A stretch of DNA of 64,000 bases from Monocercomonoides exilis PA203 (lineage: Eukaryota; Protista; Preaxostyla). The position numbers were made by a program, and so were the translations under genes. Position 1 is the first letter of the stretch. The number at the start of each line of letters is the position of its first letter. The stretch is from positions 2,170,001 through 2,234,000 of the forward strand of contig LSRY02000001.1 in NCBI GenBank assembly GCA_001643675.2. Direction: 5' to 3'. This document shows, in pieces, positions 37,086 through 50,981 of the stretch. The notes beneath the pieces are model-generated. The model searched no databases, had not been told where the DNA came from, and saw nothing but the letters and a program-made list of their open reading frames with translations.

Positions 37086-38534
37086 TGAATTTATTTGTTG
37101 TTTTTGATTCATTTTGTGATTTCACAGCCAACTTCAGCGAAACAAATGTTTCTTGGTATGCAAATTTTTATAAGAAATGAATGCTTTTCATTCTTTGGAT
37201 TTTTCAATTTTATAGAGAAACTTTCACAGATGGAACAATGCACCGATGCTGAGCAGAAACAGAAAATCGAAGAAATGAATACGTTTATGGATGAAATGGA
37301 GGAAGAAGAATTTGAATCTGTTTTTAAGAGAGAATTGTTCAATGAAATTGATCAAATGATTGAGGAAAAGAAAATGTCAATGGAAAATGCAATTATGTTG
37401 TTGAAGAATGCAGGATTTTGCAAGGAATTGAAATGCTTTTTATTTTTTTCTTTTGATACTTCATTATTGAGCAAAAGATTGGAAAAAATAATTAATGATG
37501 AAAATGAGAAAAAAGAAGAAAAGAATGAAAGGCTTTTGACTGATCTCTGTGAGTGTTACCTTTTATTACATGAAGAATTTAAGTACCCTCCAAAAACCAT
37601 GACAAAAATTTGTGTTCCCTGCCTTTTGAAAGTGGCATCAAACAAGGATGAAAGCGAAAAAAAACAAAAAGAAGTGGAAATGGCATTGTTTGCATTGAGT
37701 ACTGTTATATACCGAGCATGAATATTATTTTTTCATTTTTTCATTTTTTCATTTTTTCATTTTTTTTCCCCTGTTTTTTATTAGGGAAAAGGAAAAATTG
37801 TGTATTTGAATGAAATCAAAGAAATCATCAAATTTAATCAGAAACATAGCAATCTGACAAGACTTGCATATTGGTCAGTTTGGAAGCTTTTGTTTAGAAT
37901 GTTTTCCTTGGGCATCAACATGGAAGGAATGATTGCGAAAGAACTTCATTTCGCAAGAGAAGCTAAAAGAGAGTTGGAAGAGCTGACAAAGTGTGTGAAA
38001 TGGACAAGAAAAGAAGAAGAGGAAAAAGGAAAAGAAGTGAAGGAAGTGTTAATTATCAGGCGATGGATTCGTTCAATTAATGATTGGCTATTCCGGTCCA
38101 AATTATGGAATGAAGAATCTGTTCTGCTTGTTGAAGGAATTGCGCTATTGTTTTATGCCGCGAAAAATAATTGCAGAGATTTTTGCGATCATTGCATTTT
38201 TTCATTAAGAGACGCAGTACATAGAAGAGCTATGATGATTGAAGACTTATTGAAAGGGGGATCCATTGATGTTTTTCTGGCGGAGATTCAGCAACAAACA
38301 TTAAAAGACGATTTGACTAGGTGTTATTTGGATTTCTTTTTGGAGATTTCAGAAAAATTGGAAAGAATGAGGGGAAAAGACAGAGAAGAAATGAAAAGAA
38401 AGATATTTGAAAAGATGGAAGAAGAAGGATATGAAGATGCAATCACAAGTTTTAATGTTATAATTCCATTTTTGAAAACCAATTCTTATTATTTTCTTCC
38501 TAAATATTACGGAGATTATTTAATAAACATATGA
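37086..38534 (+). CDS. Member of a lineage-specific helical (armadillo-like) multigene family, multi-exon; start uncertain
   Basis: Motifs EQKQKIEEMN, LLTDLCECY, CVPCLLKVA, KEVEMAL.ALS and KMEEEGYED are shared with 42144-43628. A GC-AG intron at 37716-37784 joins the two ORFs in frame. Confidence 0.8.
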
Positions 38535-39494
38535 ACTTTGAGAGTTTTTCTTTTCCTTGTTTTTTTGAGAGGAAGATTTTAAAATGGGGTTCGTTGTGGT
38601 TTTGCTTCATTTCAAATCTTAATTTCCAACAATACAAACAGAAAAATATATCTGAAGAAAATATTTTCTATTTTTAATTTTTTATGATTTGAATTTGAAA
38701 AAAGAATGTTCAAAAAAGAATACTGAAACATGGAAACTGGGAATTCAAATGAAAAAAAAAGAAAAAAGAATCTTTTGGAGAATGTGTGCGAATAACTGAG
38801 GAAACAGAGTATTTTCTTTATTCGAATGATATTCATTCACATCATTTCCAGAAGCCAACATTTCCAAATCAAAAATTTCCCTTTCAGAAATACTGATTGT
38901 TCGCCAATTGTATCACACCAAATTATCATTAATGGCAAAAAAAGTAAATATCTGCTCTCAATAACCCTATCTCCATTTGTCATTTCCAATATTCTTTTGT
39001 GACAGTTTCCTTCTCCATTTCAAATCATTTGCCTTTCTCTCATTTCCTTTTAACTCTTCTGCAACTCACAAAAGAGTTGCAACATTGTGAAATCTGTCGC
39101 ATTCCTTCGCTTCAATCGTCCATTCCAAAATTAAAATTATTCCAATATATCTTCTTTTTTCTTCTGCACTTCGTTCAACAGCCAAATAATAAAATGTCAG
39201 AATCATCCTCCTTTTTTGATTGGGTGTCAATATCATATCCATTCAATTGCCTAATTGTTTTCGCTGCTTCTTCTTGACAGATGAGAAAATTAGCTTTGTG
39301 TTTGTGATAGTAATAGTAGAAAAAACTTGTGGAAGAATTCATGAAGAGTTGAATGTAATGAATGAAACAACGTTTCCTTTGAATCAGTGAAGAAGATGCA
39401 AATGAAGAAGAGAAGAAGAAGAATTCGAATAAATAAATAAATGATTGAAGTTAACAAATTGAGGTAATACTCTTGGTGGAATTGTTGTAAAAAG

Positions 39495-39825
39495 CAACAA
39501 CAAATAAAATTGATTGAAATTCAGCAAAATCAAACGTTGTTCTTCTTCTTCTTCCATTTTTGTGTGTTCTTCTCAGAAACAGCGCCTTCTCAATCTTTCA
39601 CGCATTCAACTTGATTTTTCCTTTTCACCTTCAAAAATACATGAAAGATTTGGAAATCATTCTTTTCATTCAAAGTCTTCCGCTTTTCCTTCACTTCTTT
39701 CTCAAAAATAATCTTTCTTCCAAAATTACTCTTCGCAAAAACCCAATGCAATGCATCTTCATAATATCTTTAATTTTTGTCTATTTTCTTCTTTGCCTTC
39801 TCCTTCTCCTCTTTTCTTCTTCTTC
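39495..39825 (-). repeat. ~330-bp repeat, inverted copy of 29856-30186
   Basis: Reverse-complement match to 29856-30186. Confidence 0.9.
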
Positions 39826-42143
39826 CACCTTTCCCAGTCACTCTGATATAGAAAGCCTTCTCAGCTCTTGGACATTTTTGATCAAAAAGAAAAATCCACT
39901 TCTTCTGAGTTGTTTTTTTGATAACATCTTTCACACTATCATCGGCAAACTTTTTCCTGTCAATGCTCAATTTCCCAATCTCCTTTCTCTGCTTCACTTG
40001 TTTTTCTTTGATCCCAATTTCTCCATTCTCCTTCGTTATTTATTTTAAATTGAACAGAACAGATAAGATAAATCCCTCACACTTTCTATCTTTCGATTCA
40101 AAAACCTTCCAAAATTACGCAATTTGAATACGCAGCAAGATTCTAATCCCACCAGTTGACTGTTTTGACAAAAATCGCTGATCGTCAGAAGATCTTCAAT
40201 CTTCTCCATCGTGGAAGATACAAACGCTCAATAATCATTCATTGTAATATGTCATACAGAACAAGATTTAAAAGATTGAATTGCAACGAAGAGATGCCTT
40301 TCATCTTCTCTTTCTCTATCCCCACCTTCCTCATTAGCAAAAAGAATAAAGATGAATGCGCGTTGACTTGTGTGCAGATAACGGATGCTGTGAACGTGCT
40401 TCATTTGCTCCTCCATCTCTTTGATCTATTCTTTATGCATTCAGAGATTTGTAGGACTGACATTTCCTCTCCTGTTCACTTATTTGACAAAGGCAAAATT
40501 AATTCCTTTTCATGAAAGTTCATTAACAGCTGAGCTAACGAGACAAGGAAGCTAATTGAAATGGAAGAAAATGAGGGAAAAGAAATAAAGATTGAAATGA
40601 AGTTAAACTTAGAAAAATTGACTTCTAAAAGTTAGAACTGAATCAATATTATAATTATCAATATGAAAAATAGATGTTTAGCATGTTCCTTGATGGAGAA
40701 AATGGAATCAAAGGCGATGCGGTTGAAGAATATGTTATTGATTGCCATATCTGGCAAATGCCATAAAGATTTCAAATTGAATGAAGCTGATTGTTTAGGA
40801 ATGGCTCGACATATGGAGAGACAGATGATGAAAAAGATGAAGAACCAATCTTTTTAGCACTCAATGCTTTCAATGAATGGAATTTGTCTTCATCATCAAA
40901 TGTCCTAAAAGGAACGAGGTTCAGAGACATAAAAAAACAAAAACAGTGAACAGTCACAAATGAAAGATTGTGATAATGATAATGAAAGCATTCAAAAATA
41001 ATTTCATTCAAAATCGCGTTTTGCTTGCAAAAGCATTGAAACGATCAAGGTGAAGCAGCAAATATTTTGTTTGATTTTGTTGTATCTTTCACTAATGTTT
41101 AAGAGAAGAAACAACTGAAGAATGTTTGACTTGTTTTGGAAATCTTTCAAAAGCAGGGACTGAAACAGAGTTGATGATATTCATTTCACGTTTCTCAACT
41201 TCATGAGAAGGCGCAACAATGCTTAGCTGTTAAAAACTCTGCAAAACACAAGTTCGCATTTCAATTAAATAACCAAAATGTCCATCAAGAAATGCTGTTC
41301 TCCAGCTCCATTGCTAATCATTGTTTCCTTGCCTTTTTTCGTTATAAATATTCTTCCCTCGATATTGCCAGCCACTTTCCTTTCCAAAAAAGCTTCTCCT
41401 TTGCCTTAGGCTCCAAAATTCTACATAGTTTTGTGCAGATTTTGTCCTTCACAGAATTCCTTCTTGCTATCTTCATTCAATAAAATATCAGCTGAATTTG
41501 TTTTCGCCTCTTGTTCCAAATAAAAATTATGAAAATCATGTATCTTCCGTAACTTCATTTATTTCCCAATGGCTGTATAACAATCAGCTCCATTCTCATC
41601 GTATTGCTCTACAAAGCGGAGATTGGCCATTTCAACAATAACTCATATTCCTGCACTTTGGAAAGGATACAGATGGAAATATCTTCACAATCAACAGAAC
41701 AATATTGATTCCATACATTACGTTTTTTGTGTTATTGATGAAATTGTTGTATTCCCCTTGGCCATCCAATCTCCAAAAGTCATCAGATTGAATTTCAAAA
41801 ATATTGCATCACCATCATTGTCTGTTATCTCCACAGGAAATTATGTTTGTAATTCTGCAAGATTAATTCATTCATTAACACTCATTTTGCTGATTGATGT
41901 TCCAGTTCAAAGAAACAATTTGATCATTGAATCCATAACAACAAACCGAATAAAGTTTAACATTTTTTTTCTTAACAATCACTTTCCAAAAGTACCAAGA
42001 CGATAAAGAATGGTGTGAACACGACATTTTTAATGATTTTCTTTGTATATAAATTATCATCGATGTCATCTTTCCAAACAAATTCTTGTTCAATGTGAAT
42101 GATCAAAATTGTGTTGTTTTCCGAATGCAATGCATTTTCAAAA

Positions 42144-43628
42144 ATGCAGACTATGAGTGTCACTGAAAGATTCACAGGTTTGCATTCATTGTTGCATTTG
42201 AATTCCTTGCAATTGCATTTCTTTTTGTTTCAGAATTTTTATCGGATCTTGAAGATTGCGATGATAATGAACAGAAACAGAAAATCCATATAATGAATGA
42301 AGTTATCGATAAAATGAATAGAAAAGAATTTATATCCGTTTTTACCAAAATGATTTTCAATCAAATGAACAAAATAGTTGAAGAAAATAAAATGTCGATT
42401 GACAATACCATTCTGTTGCTGAAGCAAATTGGATATTGCAATATGATGAAAAGTTTTTGGAATTACGGTTTTGAACATTCATCGTTGAATGAAAGATTTG
42501 AGAAGATGATTATTGATGAAAATGAGAAAAAAAAGGATGAAAAGAACGAAAAGCTTCTTGTTAATCTTTGCGAATGCTATGTGATGTTGCGCTTCAACTT
42601 TATTCCAGAAGAATTACTTTCAATTTGTGTGTCTTGCATTTTGAAGGTTGCTTTGAACAAAGAGGAAAACGAGAAGGCTCAAAAAGAAGTGGAAATGGCT
42701 TTGCTGGCTTTGAGCAATATGGGATATTGTGTATGAATATTTCTATTTTTATTTTAATAAAATTTATTTTTTTTTTTTTGATACTTTTCTTATTTCTAAT
42801 AAGAGTTTGAGACAAAATCTTTTTCTCCATGAAATCAAAGAGATTATCCTGCACCACCAGGAGCATAGAAATCTGACTCGATTGGCATATCAATCTGTTT
42901 GGGATTTTTTGATAGACAGATTTTTTTAGGGACAAAAGCTTGGAAGAAGTAATTGTGGATGATTTGCATTTTGCGAGAGTGGCAAGAAGAGAGTTAGAAG
43001 AATTTTTGAAGTGTGTGAATCTGAAGAGAAATAATGAGGAAAAAGGAGAAAAAGAAGTGAAAGATGAGCTATTAATCAGAAGATGGCTTTAAAGTTTGAA
43101 GACTTATTTTGAATTGAGCAACCAATGGAATGAAGAATATATTGGACTAATCGAAGGTGTTGTTCAGGTGTTGAGATCAGCTAAGAGGATTAATAGAGAT
43201 ATTCCAAATCAATGCGTTGCTTTTTTCCATGCAGCAGTAGAAAATAGAAATGTGAAAATGAAGAATTGTTGAAAGGAGGAGCTGTTGATGTAATGATGGA
43301 GGAAATTCAGCAGTCAACGTTAGATGATATAAATGTATTTCATAGCTTACGATTCTTTTTGGAAATTTCAAGAAGAATAAAAGAAGAGAAGAAAGATGAA
43401 AGGGAAGAAGAGAAGGAAGAAGAGAAGAAAGATGAGATGGAAGAAAATGAGGATTATAAAAGGGAAAAAATGAAAAGAAAAGAAGCAAAAAGAAAAGTGC
43501 TTGAAAAGATGGAAGAAGAGGGATATGAAGATACCTTCGCAAGCTTTTTTAAAACTTTCAGATTTTTCAAAAGTTTTTATATCAGTGATATATCATTGAA
43601 TATTTCAGATTATCTTGTGAATGCTTGA
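42144..43628 (+). pseudogene. Disrupted paralog of the 37086-38534 family
   Basis: GT-AG introns at 42178-42233 and 42731-42803. The last exon has a frameshift in a T-run (~42925), an in-frame TAA (~43090) and a second frameshift (~43260). Confidence 0.8.
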
Positions 43629-44319
43629 GAAAATGAAAAGGGTTGGAGCTTTGAAACTTTAAATTTACATTTTTTCATTATTTTTTTAAACAATTCGCTT
43701 ATAAAAGGATCAGAAGAGTTCACGATAGGAAACTTATTTTGATTTTCATAAATAAAAAAGGCAAGCAAAAAAAGAAAAGTTTGGATTTCTATTTTGAGGA
43801 ACTTGACAAAGAGAAGGAAGATTGAAGAGAGAATAAATGATATTAAAAATCTGTGAAATACTTCACTAAATTTGTTTTTAAGATAACTTTCACAAAAAAC
43901 AAAAATGACAAAGAATTTTCAAAATAATCAACATTCCTAAAAAAATATATGATTTCAAATATAATCACCAATATATTTGTTATTCATTTTGATAACTTTC
44001 CAAGGTACAATTCGCTGGTTTTTTGAGTATTTTCATTTTTTTTAATAAATTCTTTCAAAGAGATATGTAAATATATCACGTTTAATCAAATAGTGAATAA
44101 AATTACCAACTTGCATTGTATTGCATTCCGGTCAAATTTGATAAGCAAATAATTAAATTCGATGTAAAAAAATGCCTTGTTTCGATGAACCAAAAAATGA
44201 AACTTGTTTGACTTTTCTTTTTTTAATAGCCAATGTCAGAAATATATTTTCTTTTTTATTGACTTTGTGAAAAGTCAAAAAAAAGTTGATAAAGGAAGTG
44301 TTAAATAACAAAAATAAAA

Positions 44320-44320
<1 letters not shown>

Positions 44321-44398
<78 letters not shown>
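44321..44398. repeat. (TAAA)n microsatellite
   Basis: Seen directly. Confidence 0.95.
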
Positions 44399-45289
44399 AA
44401 AAACAATTTGAATAATAACAACACTCAGCACTTTCAGAACAAATACAATATGGGACAGAATTCTTTCATTTATGTAAAAGTCAGAGATTTGTTCCAAACT
44501 TTACTGCAATCGTTTGATAATTATTCTGACATTATCGTGCAATGTTAAATATTGAAATATTAAAAATCGAAAATAATCATTGAAAGATATATGTGGTACA
44601 AAATTCATAAAATAAAAAAATTTGTCCCATATTTCAATGCGACTAAGTCAAGGATACAAAAAATATTCTGAAATAATCGATATCTAATCACTCAAGCCGA
44701 AAATATACGAAAAATGTTCGCATATACAAAAAAAACCTAATACTATCACGTCGATTGTAATAAACATCAGTAATTATTTCTTTTTTGGAATATGAACATT
44801 TTTTCATATTATTTCTTTCAATTTTCCATAGCAGATAATAATTGGTCTAATAAAATGGCTGATCCTTTTTGAAATCAAACTTTCATATGAATTTTAATCG
44901 ATAATTTTTTTTCAACATGATTTTTATAAAATGAACGAAAATGGTTTATTCGTATTATTCATAATGCTGTGATATTGAAAATAACTTTTTTGAAATTTCA
45001 ATGAAATTTAAATTTCGATAAAAACATAAAAAAGGTTTGGTTTCAAAGGGAATCAGCCATTTGTGGAATAATGTGAAACTTCTTGCTATTTCATTGAAAT
45101 TTTGTGCACTTTTCATTGCCTTTTTGGAACAAAAAATAAAAAAAAAGGGTTTATTTATTGAAATAATTGTGACGTTGAATAACATTATGTTACGATAACA
45201 ATAACATCTGTGATCAGATATGTTAATTACGTTTATTTTCAAATCTCGAAAAGGTAAATTTTGTTTTAAGCGAAACAAAAATATTATAT

Positions 45290-45529
45290 GGGTAATTCTT
45301 TTTGAGAAGTCGCAAATGTTTAATTTTCTTTTAAATCAAAAATTTTATATTCTGCTCAAATATTTGATGATACACACCAAACTTCACTAAAATGGAATCA
45401 ATTTCTGGATAATGCTATTTCAGACATTCTTTAGAAGATTCGTGAGTGGAAACAAATATTTGAGCAAAATACAAAATTTTTGATTTTATAGAAAATTAAA
45501 CATTTGCGACTTTTCAAAAAGAATCACCC
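45290..45529. mobile_element. MITE family B copy (240 bp)
   Basis: TIRs GGGTAATTCTTTTTGAGAAGTCGC / GCGACTTTTCAAAAAGAATCACCC. ATAT on both sides. The interior resembles an inverted 14029-14268. Confidence 0.88.
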
Positions 45530-46469
45530 ATATATATAATGACGGAAGTGGTTTTAAGTTATTTGTCTGGTCACATAGGAATATGAGAGATATCTTGGAT
45601 TGAGATGTTTTTATGAAAGAATAAAAAAAAATCTTTGAAAAATACACCTAAAAACAAAAATTGATTAGTTGAAAAGTCAGTTGTTTGATGTTTATTTTTA
45701 AAATGAATTTCAAAATAATTACAGACATTCTAATTAATCAGTTATTTGCCAATTGTATTCACAAAAAAGGTCAAATGAATAAATGTTCTTTGTTTTGACA
45801 TTGGAAGATATTTTTTTTTTAATTTTTGTGAAGTTCTATAATGAAGTCTCTTTTGTTGTGAATTCTGTAAATAATTAATACAAAAAGTTCGAAAGAAAAT
45901 TTAGTTCCATTTTCAAATTTTTATAATTCCTTTGACAAATTATCTGAATCCTTATTTCAAGCCCATGTTTTTTCTCATGTGAAAAACCTGGATAAGTGAC
46001 AATATTCACCATTGGTTTGAGATTTTTTCTTTTCTGAATCTTTAATAAAAAGAGATAAACATATTAATGTTTTCAATGTTTATTCATATTTAATGTCACT
46101 TTTATGTACCCATAGGAGATATGAAGAAAAAAATTTGCAACGTTTATAAATAAAAAAATCTAATTAAAAAAAAAAAATTGAAATGAATTAAAAATTACTA
46201 AGTTTTTGAAAATAAAATATATGACATTATTCGCAAGTTTTTTTTTTCCTGAAATATTTACAAATGTTGAATTCTTGATTTTTAATACATTTTTCATTCT
46301 TTGAGAAAAAGTTATTCTTTTTTTATAAATGAAATAACTTGAATAAAAAAATAGCTGTCGTTCTTTTCAGTTGTTCAAATTTCAAATTGTTAATAAAACA
46401 CATGCTCTTGATTCAGAAATTTTTTATCAATTATCGATATTAATTTTCTTATGGGAATACGTTGGAGAG

Positions 46470-47397
46470 ATGGGATTGAAAGATTTTACAAAAGTGAGGC
46501 TTTTAGGGAAAGGAAGCTACGGCTCTGTGTTTGTTTTATTTTTATTGATTTTTTTTAAGAGTGGCTTTTGCCTGTTGTATTGTTTTTTTAGTTTCGAAGT
46601 TAAAAGAAATATTGATGGAAGAATGTGTGTGAACACAAGTTCTTTTTTCTTTTGACGGATATTTTCAAAATTTAATGAATTTTTGATGTAATTGAAAAAA
46701 TATAAATGAACATTTGAAAATTTGAATGATTTTAAGTTATGCGTTAAAGGAAATTAATCTCAGATACATGAGCCCAAAAGAAGAGTTTGCCAAAATTTAT
46801 CGATATTTTGTTTATATTTTATGTTTTCGCTTTATATTGAAACCATTCACAAAGAGAAGAATCCTTAAATGAAATTCGAATTCTTGCATCTTTTCGTCAT
46901 CCAAATATTACAAAATATAAAGAAGCTTTCATAGAAGATGATAAATTATTCATTGTTACCGAATACGTTGATGGAGGGGATCTGCTTCAACTTATAAAAA
47001 AGCGAAAGTCTTCAAGAAGATATTTAACAGAAGAACAAATTTGGAGTTATTTTATCCAAATTTGCTTGGGACTTCAGTATCTTCACCAAAAAGCAGTGCT
47101 TCACAGAGACATTAAATCTGCTAATGTGTTTCTTACACAGGATGGCCTCGCCAAAATTGGTGATCTTGGAGTTGCAAAAGTTCTCAAAGCACCCGATGCT
47201 CTTTCAGTAACTGCAATCGGAACGCCCTATTACTTATGCCCTGAAATGTGGCAGAATCGTCCTTATAACAACAAAAGCGATGTGTGGTCACTTGGTGTGC
47301 ATCATTTGATACAAGTTAATTTCAAAAAATTTCCCAAATCAATAAAATTAAATGAAATATTAAAAAAAAAAAAACAAAACCAATTAAATTATTCCTT

Positions 47398-47466
<69 letters not shown>

Positions 47467-49892
47467 AATTTTATATATTTTATATTTTTTATTTTTATTC
47501 CCCTCCCTCCCCTTCCCTCCCTCTTTCCCCCTCCTTCAAAAAAGGATGTGTGCTCTACGAGATGATCACACTGAACCGCCCGTTCGATGCCCCCTCGATG
47601 CAAGGCCTGCACCAGCGTGTGCGCTCCGGCCGAGTCGCCCCGATTCCGAATTGCTTCTCCTCCGACCTGGCACAGCTCGTCAGCGCCATCCTCGTCGTTG
47701 ACCCGGCTCACCGCCCCACAATGGACCAGATCATGGCGATGCCTCGCGTCGTCAGCCACTTCGACTGCCTGCCCGCTGCGAAGCTGCAGAGGAGGATCAG
47801 CGGAGCACCTGCTTCTTCTTCTTCTTCTTCTTCTTCAGCCACTCCATCTTCGTCTTCTTCGCTTTCGTCGCTTTCTTCAATTTCTTCGATTTCTTCTGAC
47901 AGGCAAAGCTATTCTTCTGTTGTGGGTGTTGGGCCGAGCGGGAGTGTCGTAGCTCAGTTCGGCGGGGTGGGAATTCGGAGTGGAATGGGCGGAGGAATCG
48001 GAGGAAGGGCCGGAGGAGGAGGAATTTACGGTGCAAACCCATCTCAGCCGTCTGCTGCCCCTCCGTTTGGCTTTGAAGGGCGAGGCGGGCGAGGAAGATA
48101 TGGCCAAGTTTCGGGTGTGCCAGGCTTGTCGGAGCAGTCGAGATACGACTCACGGTTCGATGGGAAAGGAGGGAGATATGGAGAAGGAGGAGAAGGAGGA
48201 GGAGGAGGAGGATATGACAGCCACACAGGCACAACCACCACAAGCACATCCACTTACTCGACAGAGCACAATTTCTCTCTCTATCCCGACGGCTCCCCCC
48301 GCTTCCAGCTGGCGGGGCTGCTGAAGATGCCGAAGTTGAAGTCGAAGCGGAAGGATCTTGTGCTTCCCCCGCCGAAATACGGCGAAACGCTTCGGCTGGC
48401 TGCACAGTCAGACTCGGCGGTGGGGATGCAGAGCTATGCAAGTGGCGGAGGAGGAATGGGAGGAATGGGAGAAGGAGGTGGAGGAGGAGGAGGAAGCAAT
48501 TCACTCGCTCCTACTTCGTATTCAGACCCGATTTATTCTTCACGGACTGACAGTGATGTGCCGGTTTCGGAGCCAGCGAGAGGAGGCGGAGGAGGAAGTG
48601 GAGGAGGAGGAGGAATGATGGGAAGAGGAGGAAGAGGAGGTGGTGGTGGAATGATGGGGCAACATGGAAGATTGCCACCGGTGGGAGGAGTGGGAAGAGG
48701 CGCGGGGGGAAGAGAAGGGCAGTCGCCGTATGTTCAGATGGCGAACAGAAGAGCAAATGGAAGAGGAGGAAACGGAGGAGGAGGAGGAGGAGGAGGAGGT
48801 TATGCCCCTGTTTCTACTCCGTACCGACCAGAAAGAGGAGAAAGAGGAGAAATGGGAGGAAAAGGAAGAGAGGAAGGGAAAAGAAGCGATGTTCATTTGC
48901 CTCCGCTGAGGGCGAGTGATGAAAGAAGAGGAGGAGAAAGGGGAGGAGGGTATGCAAAGGAAGGGCAGAGAGGGGGAAGAGGATATGGCAGGAACAAGCA
49001 GAATCCGTATGCTGACGATGAATTTGAGGACGACGAGCAATTGGAAGACCGAAGAATAGCAGCAGCAGCAGAGGCGGCGATTGCGGTGGATGCGAGAAGG
49101 AGGATGAAAGGAGGAGAAGGAGGAAGAGAAGGAGGGAGAGGAGGAAGAGAAGGAGGAGGAATGGGAATGGGAATGGGAAGAGGAGGAGGAAGAGAAAGAG
49201 GAGGAGTAGGAGGAGAAGCGGTTAGAACACCTTATGATGATGACGAGTTTGAAGATCTGGCAGAGCAGGAAGATGCAGCGATGGACGAGGAGAGGAGGAG
49301 GATGGAGACTTCGATTGAGGAAGAGATCAATCGAAGAGAAAGAGAAGCGAGGAGAGAAAGGAGGAGGTACGACAGATTGGCAGAGGAAGAGGAGGAAGAG
49401 GAAGAGGTTATGAACAGATATCCATTGAGAGGAGGAGGAGGAGGAGGAAGAGGAAGTGGATATGGAAGAGGAGGAGTGGGACAACAACTTCAACCTCAGG
49501 CGCAACAAGGGTTTGTCAGAGGCGCAGTGGCAAAGCACCCGCCGATTGCGTTTCCTGCTTCGAAGCAGCAGCAAAGGTCGATTTCAGTGGCCGAGTCGAG
49601 GCTTCCTCCTTTGATTGCGTCGCATTCGTCGCAGGCGCAGTTCTCGAACCCTTATCCGGGGCCTTCTAGTTCTTCTTCTTCTTCTTCTTCTTCTTCTTCT
49701 GTTTCTGTTTCTGGAGGAGGAGGAAGAGAAGGAGGAGGAGGAGTGAATGAGATTCCAGCAGCAGGGATAAGATCTTCATCAAGATTTCAGTCAGAATATT
49801 CGTCGCACTTTTTCGCTGCTCCGACTGCTTCGCCGAAAGCAGCGGCGCCTTTGCCAGGGAATGTTGGGGTGAGGGTGAGGCCGTTTAGATGA
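46470..49892 (+). CDS. NEK: NIMA-related Ser/Thr kinase with long Gly/Arg-rich disordered tail (5 exons)
   Basis: Motifs LGKGSYG, YALKEI, LNEIRILAS, HRDIKSANVFL, KIGDLGVAK, IGTPYYLCPE and KSDVWSLGC. In-frame GT-AG introns at 46529-46591, 46625-46736, 46785-46854 and 47295-47544. Confidence 0.93.
47397..47462. repeat. (TTTA)n microsatellite in NEK intron 4
   Basis: Seen directly. Confidence 0.95.
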
Positions 49893-50731
49893 GGAGAGGG
49901 AGAGAGAGAGAAAAGGGAGAGAGGAAGGAAGAGAGGAAGAAAGGAAGGATAGAAGGAAGAAGGAAGAGGAAGATATCACATACAGTTGAGCATTGCAGAA
50001 GAAACTGGACAAAGCAGAAGGAGAATAAGAATTTGGAGGGTATAATTGTGAAGAATAAGGACGAGGTCTAAAGACTCTTTGGCTGAGAGATTGAGATTGA
50101 GAAGGAGAAGAAGAGAAGAAGAGAGGAAGAAAGGAAGGAAGAAGGAAGAAGAAGAAGAAGAAGAAGGATTGAAAAAGGAAGAAAGAGAAGAAGAAGAAGA
50201 AGGGATACGATTGATTAATAAATTGGTTGGTTGATTAAACGATAGACTGATTAAATAATTAATTGAATTAACAAAGTGTTTTTGTTGGATACAGAATTAA
50301 GATCAGAAGGAATTTTTGATCAATAAATGCATTTTATTTTTATTTATTTTGTTGAAACAAATTTTTTCTTGTGTGATGATGATGATTTTCAAAAACCTTT
50401 TTTTTTTTCCAATTATTTTTAAAACACATTTCTCTTCTTTTACATAAACATTCTTTTTTAAATCTTTCTCTCTTTCTCTTTCTCTTTCTCTCTCTCTCTC
50501 TCTCTTCATCTTAGCTTATTTCATTCATTTCATAAAAGCTAAATAATTTAAACCACACTTCATGAATCTTTATCTTTTCACAATATCCCCATTTCTTTTT
50601 CTTTCTTTTTTTGTTTTTATAATCTCACATTTCTCAAAGCTAACAACATTTTCATTCTATTTTTTTATTTTTGTTTATTTCATGCTATCATTTCTGATTA
50701 TTTTCAAACAAAGCTAATGAAAAAATCTTTG

Positions 50732-50981
50732 TTTCTTTTCTTTTTCTTTTTCTTTTTCTTTTTCGTTTTCTTTTTCTTTTCTTTTTCTTTTTCTTTTTCT
50801 TTTTCTTTTCTTTTCTTTTTCTTTTCTTTTCTTTTTCTTTTCTTTTCTTTTTTTTTTTCTTTTTCTTTTTCTTTTCTTTTCTTTTCTTTTCTTTTCTTTT
50901 CTTTTCTTTTTCTTTTCTTTTCTTTTCTTTTCTTTTCTTTTCTTTTCTTTTCTTTTCTTTTCTTTCTTTCTTTTTTTTTTT
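50732..50981. repeat. (TTTTC)n/(TTTTTC)n polypyrimidine tract
   Basis: Seen directly. Lies between the convergent NEK and AK7 genes. Confidence 0.95.

Noticed and set aside
38900-42100. Protein-coding genes in the coding-like stretches here, and at 1-1300, 29000-29800 and 35300-36950
   Set aside because: Only short broken frames without recognisable motifs. Probably old pseudogenes that cannot be assigned by eye.
43700-43970. Additional full family C MITE
   Set aside because: Only the right TIR-like end (ATATGATTTCAAATATAATCACC) is recognisable. The left end and TSD could not be identified.
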